In this document: in pieces, positions 46,033 to 54,072 of the stretch | Numbering within the stretch: the first letter of the stretch is position 1 | How the letters are laid out: each line of letters opens with the position of its first letter | From: Candidatus Omnitrophota bacterium | GTDB lineage: Bacteria > Omnitrophota > Omnitrophia > Omnitrophales > Aquincolibacteriaceae | DNA: 64,000 bases | Assembly: GCA_022709525.1 (NCBI GenBank) | Contig: JAKLIQ010000002.1 | Span: 262,003-326,002 of the forward strand | Reading direction: 5' to 3' | Notes under the pieces: generated by a model | Told to the model about the DNA's origin: nothing | What the model saw: only the letters and a program-made list of their open reading frames with translations | Databases searched by the model: none | Position numbers and translations under genes: made by a program

Positions 46033-46083
46033 AAAAAAACGCCCTCGCGTTTTCTTGCGGAAGCAAGCGCGGGGGCGTTTTTT
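46033..46083. terminator. bidirectional intrinsic terminator between hppA (+) and the CaCA gene (-)
   Basis: AAAAAAACGCCCTCGCG-ttttcttgcggaagcaa-GCGCGGGGGCGTTTTTT. A GC-rich stem is flanked by an A-run and a T-run. Confidence 0.6.
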
Positions 46084-46086
46084 ATA

Positions 46087-47100
46087 TCAATAGCCGATGA
46101 TCGTGACAACAAGATAGGCCAATAAAAGCAATCCGCCGACCCAGCGCTTCAGGTAATCGCCGCTTAACCATGCGCCAGCGCGGAAAAGCAACAAGATCCC
46201 CAGCATTGCGGGAAAATAGAGAGTGAAAAAAATAACCGGAACTTCTAGGCCGCCTCGGGTTGCGGCCGTGGCCGCACCCGTCACAAAAAGAACGTTCAAG
46301 ATATCCGCGCCGATGATATTCCCCACCGCGATCTCCCCGTGACCGCGCCGGACAGCCGTCAGAGAAGTGACCAACTCAGGCAGCGATGTGCCAAAAGCCA
46401 CAAGCGTGGCGGCCACGATGCTACTCGGCACGCCTATACGCAAAGCTAAAATCTCCACCGCCGTAATGAGCGCTTGGGACGAGATCACTACCAAACCCGC
46501 TCCGCAAACAAGTTTGGCAAAAACCCACGGCATTGAACGCGAGTCCGTCTTAATGAGATCGACGCCATCCGGTAAATTATCCCGCCGGGCCCAAATGATC
46601 GAGATATAGAGGTACGCGGCCAACAAACCAAGCATAAGAAATCCAGCCCATCGCGGAATATTCCCACCGGCCCCAAGAACATCCCGCCACCCCGGGAATG
46701 GAAACGCGAGAACAACAAGAAGCACCGCCGCGGCAACCTGGATAAACCCTTGCCGGTTGACAACGCTTTTAACAAGAGGAAGGGGCGAGATCAGGGTCGC
46801 CAAACCGAGGATGAGCCCGGTATCACAAATAATGGAACCAACGGCGTTGCCGAGCGCTAATCCGGGGTTTCCCTGGACAGCCGCCAGCACAGAGACCGTG
46901 GCCTCAGGCAATGTAGTGCCTAGACTGACTATCGTTGCGCCGATCAGGGCTTTGGGTACGCGCCACCGCTCCGAGAGCGTCACCGCTTCATCGATGAGCC
47001 AGTTGGCCCCTTGGGCTAACGCGTAAAAACTGGCTCCGATCACACCGGCTAAAATTATCAACGGCGCTTGGTCCAATAGGACATGCAACCACGCTTCCAT
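46087..47100 (-). CDS. CaCA-family sodium/calcium (cation) antiporter (YrbG-like)
   Basis: Two alpha-repeat motifs, GTTLPEATVSV and GTSLPELVTSL, with 10 TM segments. Confidence 0.8.
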   Translation of the reverse strand: MEAWLHVLLDQAPLIILAGVIGASFYALAQGANWLIDEAVTLSERWRVPKALIGATIVSLGTTLPEATVSVLAAVQGNPGLALGNAVGSIICDTGLILGLATLISPLPLVKSVVNRQGFIQVAAAVLLVVLAFPFPGWRDVLGAGGNIPRWAGFLMLGLLAAYLYISIIWARRDNLPDGVDLIKTDSRSMPWVFAKLVCGAGLVVISSQALITAVEILALRIGVPSSIVAATLVAFGTSLPELVTSLTAVRRGHGEIAVGNIIGADILNVLFVTGAATAATRGGLEVPVIFFTLYFPAMLGILLLFRAGAWLSGDYLKRWVGGLLLLAYLVVTIIGY

Positions 47101-47139
47101 CCAAATACTCCTTCGCTAAAAACCTGGATTTGGCCCAAC

Positions 47140-47176
47140 AAAAGAAGGCCGATCCCGAAGGACCGGCCTTCTTGCG
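47140..47176 (-). terminator. intrinsic terminator/attenuator hairpin inside the long 5' leader of the CaCA gene
   Basis: Minus-strand RNA AAGAAGGCCG-guccuucgggau-CGGCCUUCUU is followed by UUGUUGGG. 34 nt further on are the SD GAAGGAG and the ATG at 47100. Confidence 0.45.
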
Positions 47177-47199
47177 AGAATTCTACCTTAAATAAAAAC

Positions 47200-47335
47200 A
47201 ATCTGCAACGCCGACGGGATTAGTTCCTGTTCTTTTGGTTCGGACCGCAGATTAGCCCTTCCCGCCAAACATCCGGCAGGATTCACCGTTTGATTTCTCC
47301 CGTTCCCTGCAATAGCAGGTATTAGGCGATCATGC
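47200..47335 (-). ncRNA. candidate riboswitch/structured leader upstream of the CaCA antiporter (possible ydaO/c-di-AMP-class; unverified)
   Basis: Minus-strand RNA contains repeated AAUC-containing blocks (GAAAUCAAACGGUGAAUCCUGCCGG, GGGCUAAUCUGCGGUCCGAACC) and GGGAACGGGAG / GGCGGGAAGGG. These resemble conserved ydaO-motif segments (ACGGGGUGAAUCC, CCGAAC) recalled from memory. Confidence 0.3.
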
Positions 47336-47363
47336 GCCGCGCGTTTCCGCGCCGGAGCAAGTC

Positions 47364-47657
47364 TTACATTTTTGCTTCTTTCAAGGCTTCCTTTTTGGCG
47401 GCCTTGATGTCTTTGATTTCCTGCTTTGCTTCCGTTTTCACTTCTTTAATGGCTTCCTTCGCTTCCGCCTTTATTTCTTTCGCGGTAGCCGGGGCGTAGA
47501 GTTCGTCGACTTCGAAGGCCTCTCCGACCACGTCACCGGTTTCGGCATCTTCCGCCACAAGAAGCGTTTCCTCGACGGCAACGGGTTCCTGTTCGACGGC
47601 CAATGCAAAAGCGGGACAAAGCATGATCGCCACTAAAAACATCGCGATACTTTTCAT
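47364..47657 (-). CDS. small secreted Lys/Glu/Ala-rich protein
   Basis: Signal peptide MKSIAMFLVAIMLCPAFALA, then an acidic stretch and a KEAKEAIKEVKTEAKQEIKDIKAAKKEALKEAK low-complexity tail. Confidence 0.4.
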   Translation of the reverse strand: MKSIAMFLVAIMLCPAFALAVEQEPVAVEETLLVAEDAETGDVVGEAFEVDELYAPATAKEIKAEAKEAIKEVKTEAKQEIKDIKAAKKEALKEAKM

Positions 47658-47757
47658 GCGTTTGGATCTCCTTTCCGCACCCTCAAGTGCTTCGTTCCGG
47701 CATCGTTCCGGTCTTGCGAACAACGCCGTATTTCAAAAGCCAACAGAAAAGCTTGCC

Positions 47758-47979
47758 TTATATTTTAACGTCTTCGGCATCATCATCGTCCGGGTCCACC
47801 GAAGGGCTCGTGAGCTCATCGGTCATCACGATGCCCTCCCCTGCGACATCAGCCGAATCTTCCGTAAATGTCATATCTTCCGCCACAGCAACAATACTGT
47901 TCTCAGACTCGGCGAAAACCAGCCCCTGAGAAAGCAACATGAGGGCCATTAAAATTCCTGCTATCCATTTTGTTTTCAT
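47758..47979 (-). CDS. small secreted acidic protein (paralogue-like of the preceding one)
   Basis: Signal peptide MKTKWIAGILMALMLLSQGLVFA, then an Asp/Glu-rich region with the same VAVAED..A..GE layout as the neighbouring protein. Confidence 0.4.
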   Translation of the reverse strand: MKTKWIAGILMALMLLSQGLVFAESENSIVAVAEDMTFTEDSADVAGEGIVMTDELTSPSVDPDDDDAEDVKI

Positions 47980-48325
47980 TTTTTGATCTCCGGTTGAATA
48001 TGAAAAACGCCTTCCGGTTCCAAGCAATACCCTGCCATTGCCCATGGCAAGCCGTTACCTAAAACTGAAGGCGCCTAATGCCTACTCTCCATCGCTGGTG
48101 GAAAAACCCGCAAGCCCTTCCTGCGCAATGCGTTCGGAGGTGACAAAAAACCTTCCAGGGCACGTTCCGTTTCTCGCTGCGATGCTCTCGAGAAGTCTAC
48201 GCTGAAAGCGGTTTGGTGTCAAATGGACGGAAAGGGCCATAAGCCACAAAGGCCCCTATTTTTGGTATTTGTGCCAAAAAGATCCAAAAGACCTAACTGC
48301 ATGAAAATAAACAGGATAAGACCTG

Positions 48326-49963
48326 CTACTTTCTTCTCTTGTCAGAAACCCAAAATTCCATTCTCCTATTGAGCATAAGACGGGTCTGAGCGTCCAAGGC
48401 CGGTATAGCGCTTAAGAAAACCAGGATCAGGGGGACGAGAAACCACTCAAGGCCGTGAACGATGGTCCAAAGAAATGGAAAGCGCTTCTTTTTCTTGGGC
48501 AAAAGCCAGATACTCATGATGATCGTCCCCAATAAAGCAAGCGTCGAGAGGCCGAAGATCGCGTTCGTGAACCTTCCGGCGCTGTAATAGAGGACCGTAT
48601 TTGAGAACTCCTTATCGGCGGAGATCGCGGGGATCCAGCCGATCACGGTCAGGAGAAGCGGAAGGGTCGCCCAGCTTACGTGCCCCTCAAAGAGTTTGAA
48701 CCCGTGCCGGAGTTTGTTGTAAAGCGAAATCTTTTTATTCGCAAGGAACCCCCGCATAACCAGCGGAAAGTTCTCAACGCCCCACGCCCACCTCCGTTTT
48801 TGCTTATAGAGACTTATCACAGTGCGCCACCAGGAACCGGCATCCACAATATCCATGGAAAGGGTCGTGGGAAGCGGAACGACCTGATATTGGCCGTCAA
48901 AATACAGGTAGGACTTCCAGAAAATGCCGGAATCATCCGAGATCATATCCGCCGGCCAATACCCCACCTCGACAAGGGCCTTGAAACTCATGCTGTGGCT
49001 TGAAAAGGTCACGAGTTTTTCCGGATCCGTGGTTTCAATCAGTTGAAAAAACGAGGACCCCGTTTCGATCACGCGCGCGAAGCCCGGTACCTCCCAAATA
49101 TTGTTATGGAAAACAGGGATCGGCTGAAAGCTCGCCCGGTGACGGTCCGGACAGCTCATAAAACTATAAGTCAGGCATGGGAAGTAATGACAGCTCACGA
49201 CTGTATCCGCATCGAAACAGGAAACGATGATATTCTCAAAAGGAATCCTTTTTTCTTCAAAATATTCGGCAGCAGATCTCGCGGCATAGCTTGTATTGGC
49301 GCCTTTGACGCGCGCTTCGCCTGGGAGACCGTCCGGATGTTCGACGGCAAGAAAGTTCATGAACCGGTCCCGGTATTTATTCACGATCTCGTCCATCCCG
49401 GCCTTCACGGATTCTTCGGCCCTTGCCTCGATCGCCAATATAATGACCATTTGTTTTGCAAGCGTCACATTGTTGGCAATGCTTAGAATATTCGCCTCGA
49501 CCACGGAAGAAGGTTCCTTTGTCACGGGGATCACCACCAAATGAAAGATCTCCGAAGAAAGCGGCGGGACCTCCCCGCTTTTTCTTAAAGTCTCCAGATC
49601 TTTGCGGTGGATCCAATGGGAGATCTTTTTATACCACCCTTTTGCGCGATGGGATTTTTCGATCTCCCGTGAATATTCATGGAAACGGTCCAGGCCGCGG
49701 ATCCTGGCCAGCCAGTCCGTGCTTTTTTCGGCGGAAAGGCGGATGTAAGAAAGCAGAAGAAAGATCGTCAGATAAAAAAGTTTCAAGATCCAAGCCAACA
49801 TGAATGCGATCACGAGGATCACCGAGACAAGCGGGGCCCAGATCGAAAGGGCGATAAGGCCCAACACCATGGTCCAGCTGGCCAGCCCGGGAAGTATCTC
49901 AAAAAAACGCTGTTGGAGGGCATCGCTGCCACTCAGGTTGCAGTGGGAGTAAACAAATTTCAT
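48326..49963 (-). CDS. processive family-2 glycosyltransferase (cellulose/chitin/hyaluronan-synthase-like, membrane-integrated)
   Basis: D,D,D,QxxRW signature (CFDADTVV ... QKRRWAWG) with N- and C-terminal TM bundles. Start at internal ATG 49963, which overlaps the PEGA gene stop as ATGA. Confidence 0.75.
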   Translation of the reverse strand: MKFVYSHCNLSGSDALQQRFFEILPGLASWTMVLGLIALSIWAPLVSVILVIAFMLAWILKLFYLTIFLLLSYIRLSAEKSTDWLARIRGLDRFHEYSREIEKSHRAKGWYKKISHWIHRKDLETLRKSGEVPPLSSEIFHLVVIPVTKEPSSVVEANILSIANNVTLAKQMVIILAIEARAEESVKAGMDEIVNKYRDRFMNFLAVEHPDGLPGEARVKGANTSYAARSAAEYFEEKRIPFENIIVSCFDADTVVSCHYFPCLTYSFMSCPDRHRASFQPIPVFHNNIWEVPGFARVIETGSSFFQLIETTDPEKLVTFSSHSMSFKALVEVGYWPADMISDDSGIFWKSYLYFDGQYQVVPLPTTLSMDIVDAGSWWRTVISLYKQKRRWAWGVENFPLVMRGFLANKKISLYNKLRHGFKLFEGHVSWATLPLLLTVIGWIPAISADKEFSNTVLYYSAGRFTNAIFGLSTLALLGTIIMSIWLLPKKKKRFPFLWTIVHGLEWFLVPLILVFLSAIPALDAQTRLMLNRRMEFWVSDKRRK

Positions 49964-51417
49964 TTCATCATCTCCTGGGTCTCTTTCTCCAGTTCGGTTA
50001 TCAGGCGTGAGAGCTTGATGCCTTCCGGCAGCAACTGCAAAGCCATGAAATGCCCCTGCGAAGGTTCCAGGTAATAAAGGGCCCCTGTCTTTTCTGAGTA
50101 GAAGATCGCGGCCCCTTCGCATATTTTGATCGGCTTCTCGGCGGAACTTCCCTCTTCTTTAACCGGCGCCAAAAATACTTCGCCCCTGTCGCTAAAAAGA
50201 ATATAAGCGGCGTCATAGACAAAATAGGCATCCCGCACATCCGCGGCCCGGTCAAAGACCCATTTGATCTCGGGGCCTCGCTCAAAAAATTCTTTTTTCC
50301 GTTCGGGTTTTTCGAGGTCCAGGATACCGACCCGCCGTTCCTGCCATAGAACGACTTTCCGGCCCTCCGGAGCCGCATGATAACCTCTGACCCCTTCCTC
50401 CACGAACCGATAGGGCAACGCGTTGGAAAAAAACTCGCCCTTTTCGCTGGAGATGCAGATCGTGTTGTGAGAAATGAAATCGATCTTAAATTTCCCGTCT
50501 TCGCGGAAAAGATCCTCTAAAAAAGCGCCGCTTTCCACAAAGGTTTCATCGCCCGGCTTAGCGTTGAAATTTGTTCTTACAATGGAAGGGCCGGAAAGCG
50601 CGTAGATCTTTCCTTTAAAGATCCCGACCCCCCTGACATTCTGGAAAAAGCCGGGCAATACCTTCATCTTCTCCAGATCGATCCTTGAAACGTTGCGATC
50701 GTAGCGGACGAAAAGATAATCGGGTTTGGCTCCTTCCCAGAGGATCTCATCCGGCGCGCGCTCTTTGAAAAGGCCGGAAAGGTCTTGCGCTTCGGATTTA
50801 TCTTTATCAAGCGAATAACCGAGAAATTTCATCCCGCCGGCATGTTCTATTTGAACAAGAATAAATGGGCTCTCGTTGGCCGTAAATATTCTGACGAGCT
50901 TTGCGTTAGCAAAGGGAAAAGGTTTCGGAAAAACCCAAGAAACAGTTTCATTCTTCCAGTCAAACGCCCGGAGGTCGCCCGCCAACTCGGAGCCCTTTAA
51001 CAGGAGAAAGCGGGTTCCGGGAACCGGGTAGAGGCCGGTAAAAGGACCGGTAATCAAGGGCCGAGGATCAAGTTTTCGGGGCACCAATAGAACGTGGGAA
51101 AAACTGGCTGCTTTACCCGGTTCCACCGTAATCCTGCGTATCCAAGGCCTGTGGCCGGCTAAAGAGATCCTGATGTCGTAATCGCCGGCCAGAAGGTTCC
51201 GGATCGTGGCGGGTGTTTTTTCCGAGAAGCGTTTGTTCGCGATCCAGACGGAAGCGCCGGAAGGAAGCGTCTCGACCCGGATGAGGCCGGTCTTAGCGAA
51301 CCCCTCTTCAAGTTTTGGCGTGAAGATGTAACCCAAGGCATAGAAAATAATGAGGGGGCATAAAACGAGGTAGAGTAGAAACAAAAAATAAAAAACGACC
51401 CGCCGGAAAAGATTCAC
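49960..51417 (-). CDS. PEGA-domain membrane protein (EPS-synthase partner)
   Basis: N-terminal TM, then a PEGA domain (GASVWIANKRFSEKTPATIRNLLAGDYDIRISLAGHRPW), then a ~350-aa C-terminal domain of unknown function. Confidence 0.65.
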   Translation of the reverse strand: MNLFRRVVFYFLFLLYLVLCPLIIFYALGYIFTPKLEEGFAKTGLIRVETLPSGASVWIANKRFSEKTPATIRNLLAGDYDIRISLAGHRPWIRRITVEPGKAASFSHVLLVPRKLDPRPLITGPFTGLYPVPGTRFLLLKGSELAGDLRAFDWKNETVSWVFPKPFPFANAKLVRIFTANESPFILVQIEHAGGMKFLGYSLDKDKSEAQDLSGLFKERAPDEILWEGAKPDYLFVRYDRNVSRIDLEKMKVLPGFFQNVRGVGIFKGKIYALSGPSIVRTNFNAKPGDETFVESGAFLEDLFREDGKFKIDFISHNTICISSEKGEFFSNALPYRFVEEGVRGYHAAPEGRKVVLWQERRVGILDLEKPERKKEFFERGPEIKWVFDRAADVRDAYFVYDAAYILFSDRGEVFLAPVKEEGSSAEKPIKICEGAAIFYSEKTGALYYLEPSQGHFMALQLLPEGIKLSRLITELEKETQEMMK

Positions 51418-51601
51418 CCCGTTCGATCCCCCAATACATTAACTCTTCGAAAAAGACGCATTACCCCGAAAATCTCGCTTAGTCAAAAAACACAGAGATC
51501 TAACGGGGTTCATAGGCACATTATGCCACAAAGCATCCTCCTCTCCAAGCGCGAGGCCGGGCGGTAAAGAAGCAATGGTATCCTGCCGATGCTTTAACGC
51601 C

Positions 51602-52234
51602 ATGATGAACTTATGGGACTTCACGGTCCTTTCCTTCACATCTCTTTTCGTCATCGTTGACCCGATCGGGCTTATTCCCTCCTTTCTAGCCATGACCCAG
51701 CGAAATTCTGTGGAGGAGCGGGCCCATATGGCCCGGCTGGCTTCCCTGGTCGCATTTATAATCCTTCTTTTGAGCTTCTTTTTCGGCCAGCGGCTCCTGA
51801 TGGCTTTCGGGATCACTATCCCCGCCTTCGAGATCGCGGGCGGCATCATCCTGCTTTTGGTGGCGCTCGATATGCTCCAGGCGCGCCGCACGGCGCTTAA
51901 AGAAACGCAGGAAGAAAAAGCAGAAGGCATCACCAAAGAAGACGTAGCCGTCACTCCCATGGCCATCCCGATGCTCGCGGGGCCCGGGGCCATTACGGCG
52001 GTTATCCTTTTATCGAACAAGGCAGAAACATTTGCTTTCCACGCGATCTTGGCGGCTGTAATCGTCCTAGTTTCGCTTTTGACCTTCCTGATCCTATGGG
52101 TTGCGGCTCTTCGCTCTAAGCTGCTTAGTGTGATCGCGCTCAAGATCGTCGCCCGTTTGATGGGCCTTATCCTTGCCGCCATTGCTGTTCAGTTCATCCT
52201 GAACGGCGTTCTGGCGGCCCGCATTTTTTCCTAA
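51602..52234 (+). CDS. MarC-family (UPF0056) integral membrane protein
   Basis: 6 TM segments and MarC motifs (FVIVDPIGLIPSFL, AGPGAIT). Start at internal ATG (MMNLWDF). Confidence 0.7.
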   Translation: MMNLWDFTVLSFTSLFVIVDPIGLIPSFLAMTQRNSVEERAHMARLASLVAFIILLLSFFFGQRLLMAFGITIPAFEIAGGIILLLVALDMLQARRTALKETQEEKAEGITKEDVAVTPMAIPMLAGPGAITAVILLSNKAETFAFHAILAAVIVLVSLLTFLILWVAALRSKLLSVIALKIVARLMGLILAAIAVQFILNGVLAARIFS

Positions 52235-52328
52235 AATCCCCTTGCTTTCCCGCCAAAGAGCCATTATACTTCGAAGTGTAAATAGTTAAATATATTAACT
52301 ATTATCAATTTTAACAAAAGAGGCCCCC

Positions 52329-52778
52329 GTGAAACACCGTGATGCGTTTGTCGCGAATTTTAGAGAACTGCACCCGAAATTCTCCCGCATGTACGCGCAG
52401 ATGCTTGACCGGGTCGACCTGACCCTTTCGCAATATTCCCTTCTCTATCAGCTGGCCCTCCTCGGGACTATCTCGATGTCTGAGGTGAGTTCCCGGCTTG
52501 AGATCAGTAAGCCGGCCGTGACAAATCTGGTGGACCGGCTGGAAGAAAAGAAACTGCTCCGGCGGCTCCCCCACCCCAAAGACCGGCGGGTGATCCTATT
52601 GAAGATCCTCCCAAAAGGGGAGAAGGTCATTGAGGATCTCCGGAAGAAAAGTCTTGAAGTGCTTTTGAAGGCCTACGACCAGTTCAATGCCGGCGAACAT
52701 GAAACGATCAGCCGTTTCTATGCAACGGTTTCAAAAGTGATGGATGATTTTTTGTTGAGATTAAAAAATGAAAAATAA
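52329..52778 (+). CDS. MarR-family transcriptional regulator
   Basis: wHTH LTLSQYSLLYQLALLGTISMSEVSSRLEISKPAVTNLVDRLEEKKLLRRLPHPKDRRV. Confidence 0.8.
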   Translation: MKHRDAFVANFRELHPKFSRMYAQMLDRVDLTLSQYSLLYQLALLGTISMSEVSSRLEISKPAVTNLVDRLEEKKLLRRLPHPKDRRVILLKILPKGEKVIEDLRKKSLEVLLKAYDQFNAGEHETISRFYATVSKVMDDFLLRLKNEK

Positions 52779-54072
52779 CCGTATTTTGATCTACGCGCTC
52801 GCTTTTTTCTTTCTTGCCTTGCCGCTTGCCGCCCAGGCGCAGCAAAGCGCCTCCCCGGCCCCAGAAACAAATACACCCGTCTTGACGCTTGAAGAATGTT
52901 ACCGGCTTGCGCTGATCCAAAGCGAAATCGTCGCCATTCAAAAAGAAGCGATTGGCCGCGCCACGGCGCAGATCTTCAATGCTACAAGTCAAGCGCTCGG
53001 CGATGTTGATTTTGTTATCAATCGTTCTTTTCAAGACCATCAAAAAGACAGTTTGACCGGTGATTTTGCATACGACCCCAACATCCGGGAAGACAAATTC
53101 GCGATCAGCCAGCCGCTTTTCCAGGGATTCAAAGCGATCGGAGCCTTGACGGGAGCCGGAAGCTTCCGCAGGGAGCAAACGGAAGCGTGGATCCGCGCCA
53201 AAGAATTACTTTATTTGGACGTCGCCCGCGCTTTCTATAGCGTTCTGCGGTATGAGAGAGACATCAGGATCGGCGAAGATATTTGCGATCTGCTCGGCAA
53301 AAGGATCAAAGAGCTTGAAGAAAGAGAGCGGATCGGCCGGTCCCGTGTCAGCGAAGTGCTCACGATCCAAACCAGGCTCAAGGTAGTTGAGGCCGAAGTG
53401 GCAAGCGCCCGGGGGCTTCTTGCGACGGCCCGGTATTTGCTTGAATTTTTGACGGGAACCGAACTTGGGAATAGCCGTCTCCGGGAAGAGTTGTTCGAAG
53501 AAGTCTCCTCGCAACCGCTCGCCGAACACTTAAAACTAGCCGCAGTGCGCTCCGATGTCAAAGCCGCCGAGCAGGCCGTCAGAACGGCTTGGGGCGGCAT
53601 CGTGGTAGCTCAAAGCGGATTCTGGCCCACGGTCACTTTTACGCATAATCAATACACGCGGCGTGAAGGTACCTTGTCGAACCTGGACTGGGACACCCTC
53701 CTAAAATTCAGCGTTCCCCTTTTCTCCGGGACAGAGACGATCGGCGAGGTTAAAGATGCCATCGGTATTTTAAAACAGAAAAAACTCAGTTTTTCCCTGG
53801 CAAAACGACAGGCGGAGCTGGACATCAAACAAAGTTATCAGGTATGGCTGTCTTCAAAAGAAACGAACGATCTCCTGATGGAGGCCGTGCGCCAGGCGGA
53901 AAAAAATTACAAGGTCCAGTCGGAAGAATATACCCGCAGTCTTGTCAGCAACCTCGATGTGCTGGCGGCGTTGGAATCCCTCCAAAGCACCCGCCAAAAT
54001 CAGAATAGAGTTTATTACATCATGAAACAGGATGAGGCGGCCTTCCGGGTTGCGATCGGGGACGTATCATGA
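52768..54072 (+). CDS. TolC-family outer-membrane efflux protein (OMF)
   Basis: Signal peptide plus duplicated OEP repeats. Overlaps the marR end by 11 nt and the RND start by 4 nt. Confidence 0.75.
   Translation: MKNNRILIYALAFFFLALPLAAQAQQSASPAPETNTPVLTLEECYRLALIQSEIVAIQKEAIGRATAQIFNATSQALGDVDFVINRSFQDHQKDSLTGDFAYDPNIREDKFAISQPLFQGFKAIGALTGAGSFRREQTEAWIRAKELLYLDVARAFYSVLRYERDIRIGEDICDLLGKRIKELEERERIGRSRVSEVLTIQTRLKVVEAEVASARGLLATARYLLEFLTGTELGNSRLREELFEEVSSQPLAEHLKLAAVRSDVKAAEQAVRTAWGGIVVAQSGFWPTVTFTHNQYTRREGTLSNLDWDTLLKFSVPLFSGTETIGEVKDAIGILKQKKLSFSLAKRQAELDIKQSYQVWLSSKETNDLLMEAVRQAEKNYKVQSEEYTRSLVSNLDVLAALESLQSTRQNQNRVYYIMKQDEAAFRVAIGDVS

Noticed and set aside
51439-52182. 247-aa minus-strand ORF opposite the MarC gene
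   Set aside because: Ser/Arg/Ala-rich with no motifs. The plus-strand MarC reading has 6 clean TM segments and conserved MarC motifs.
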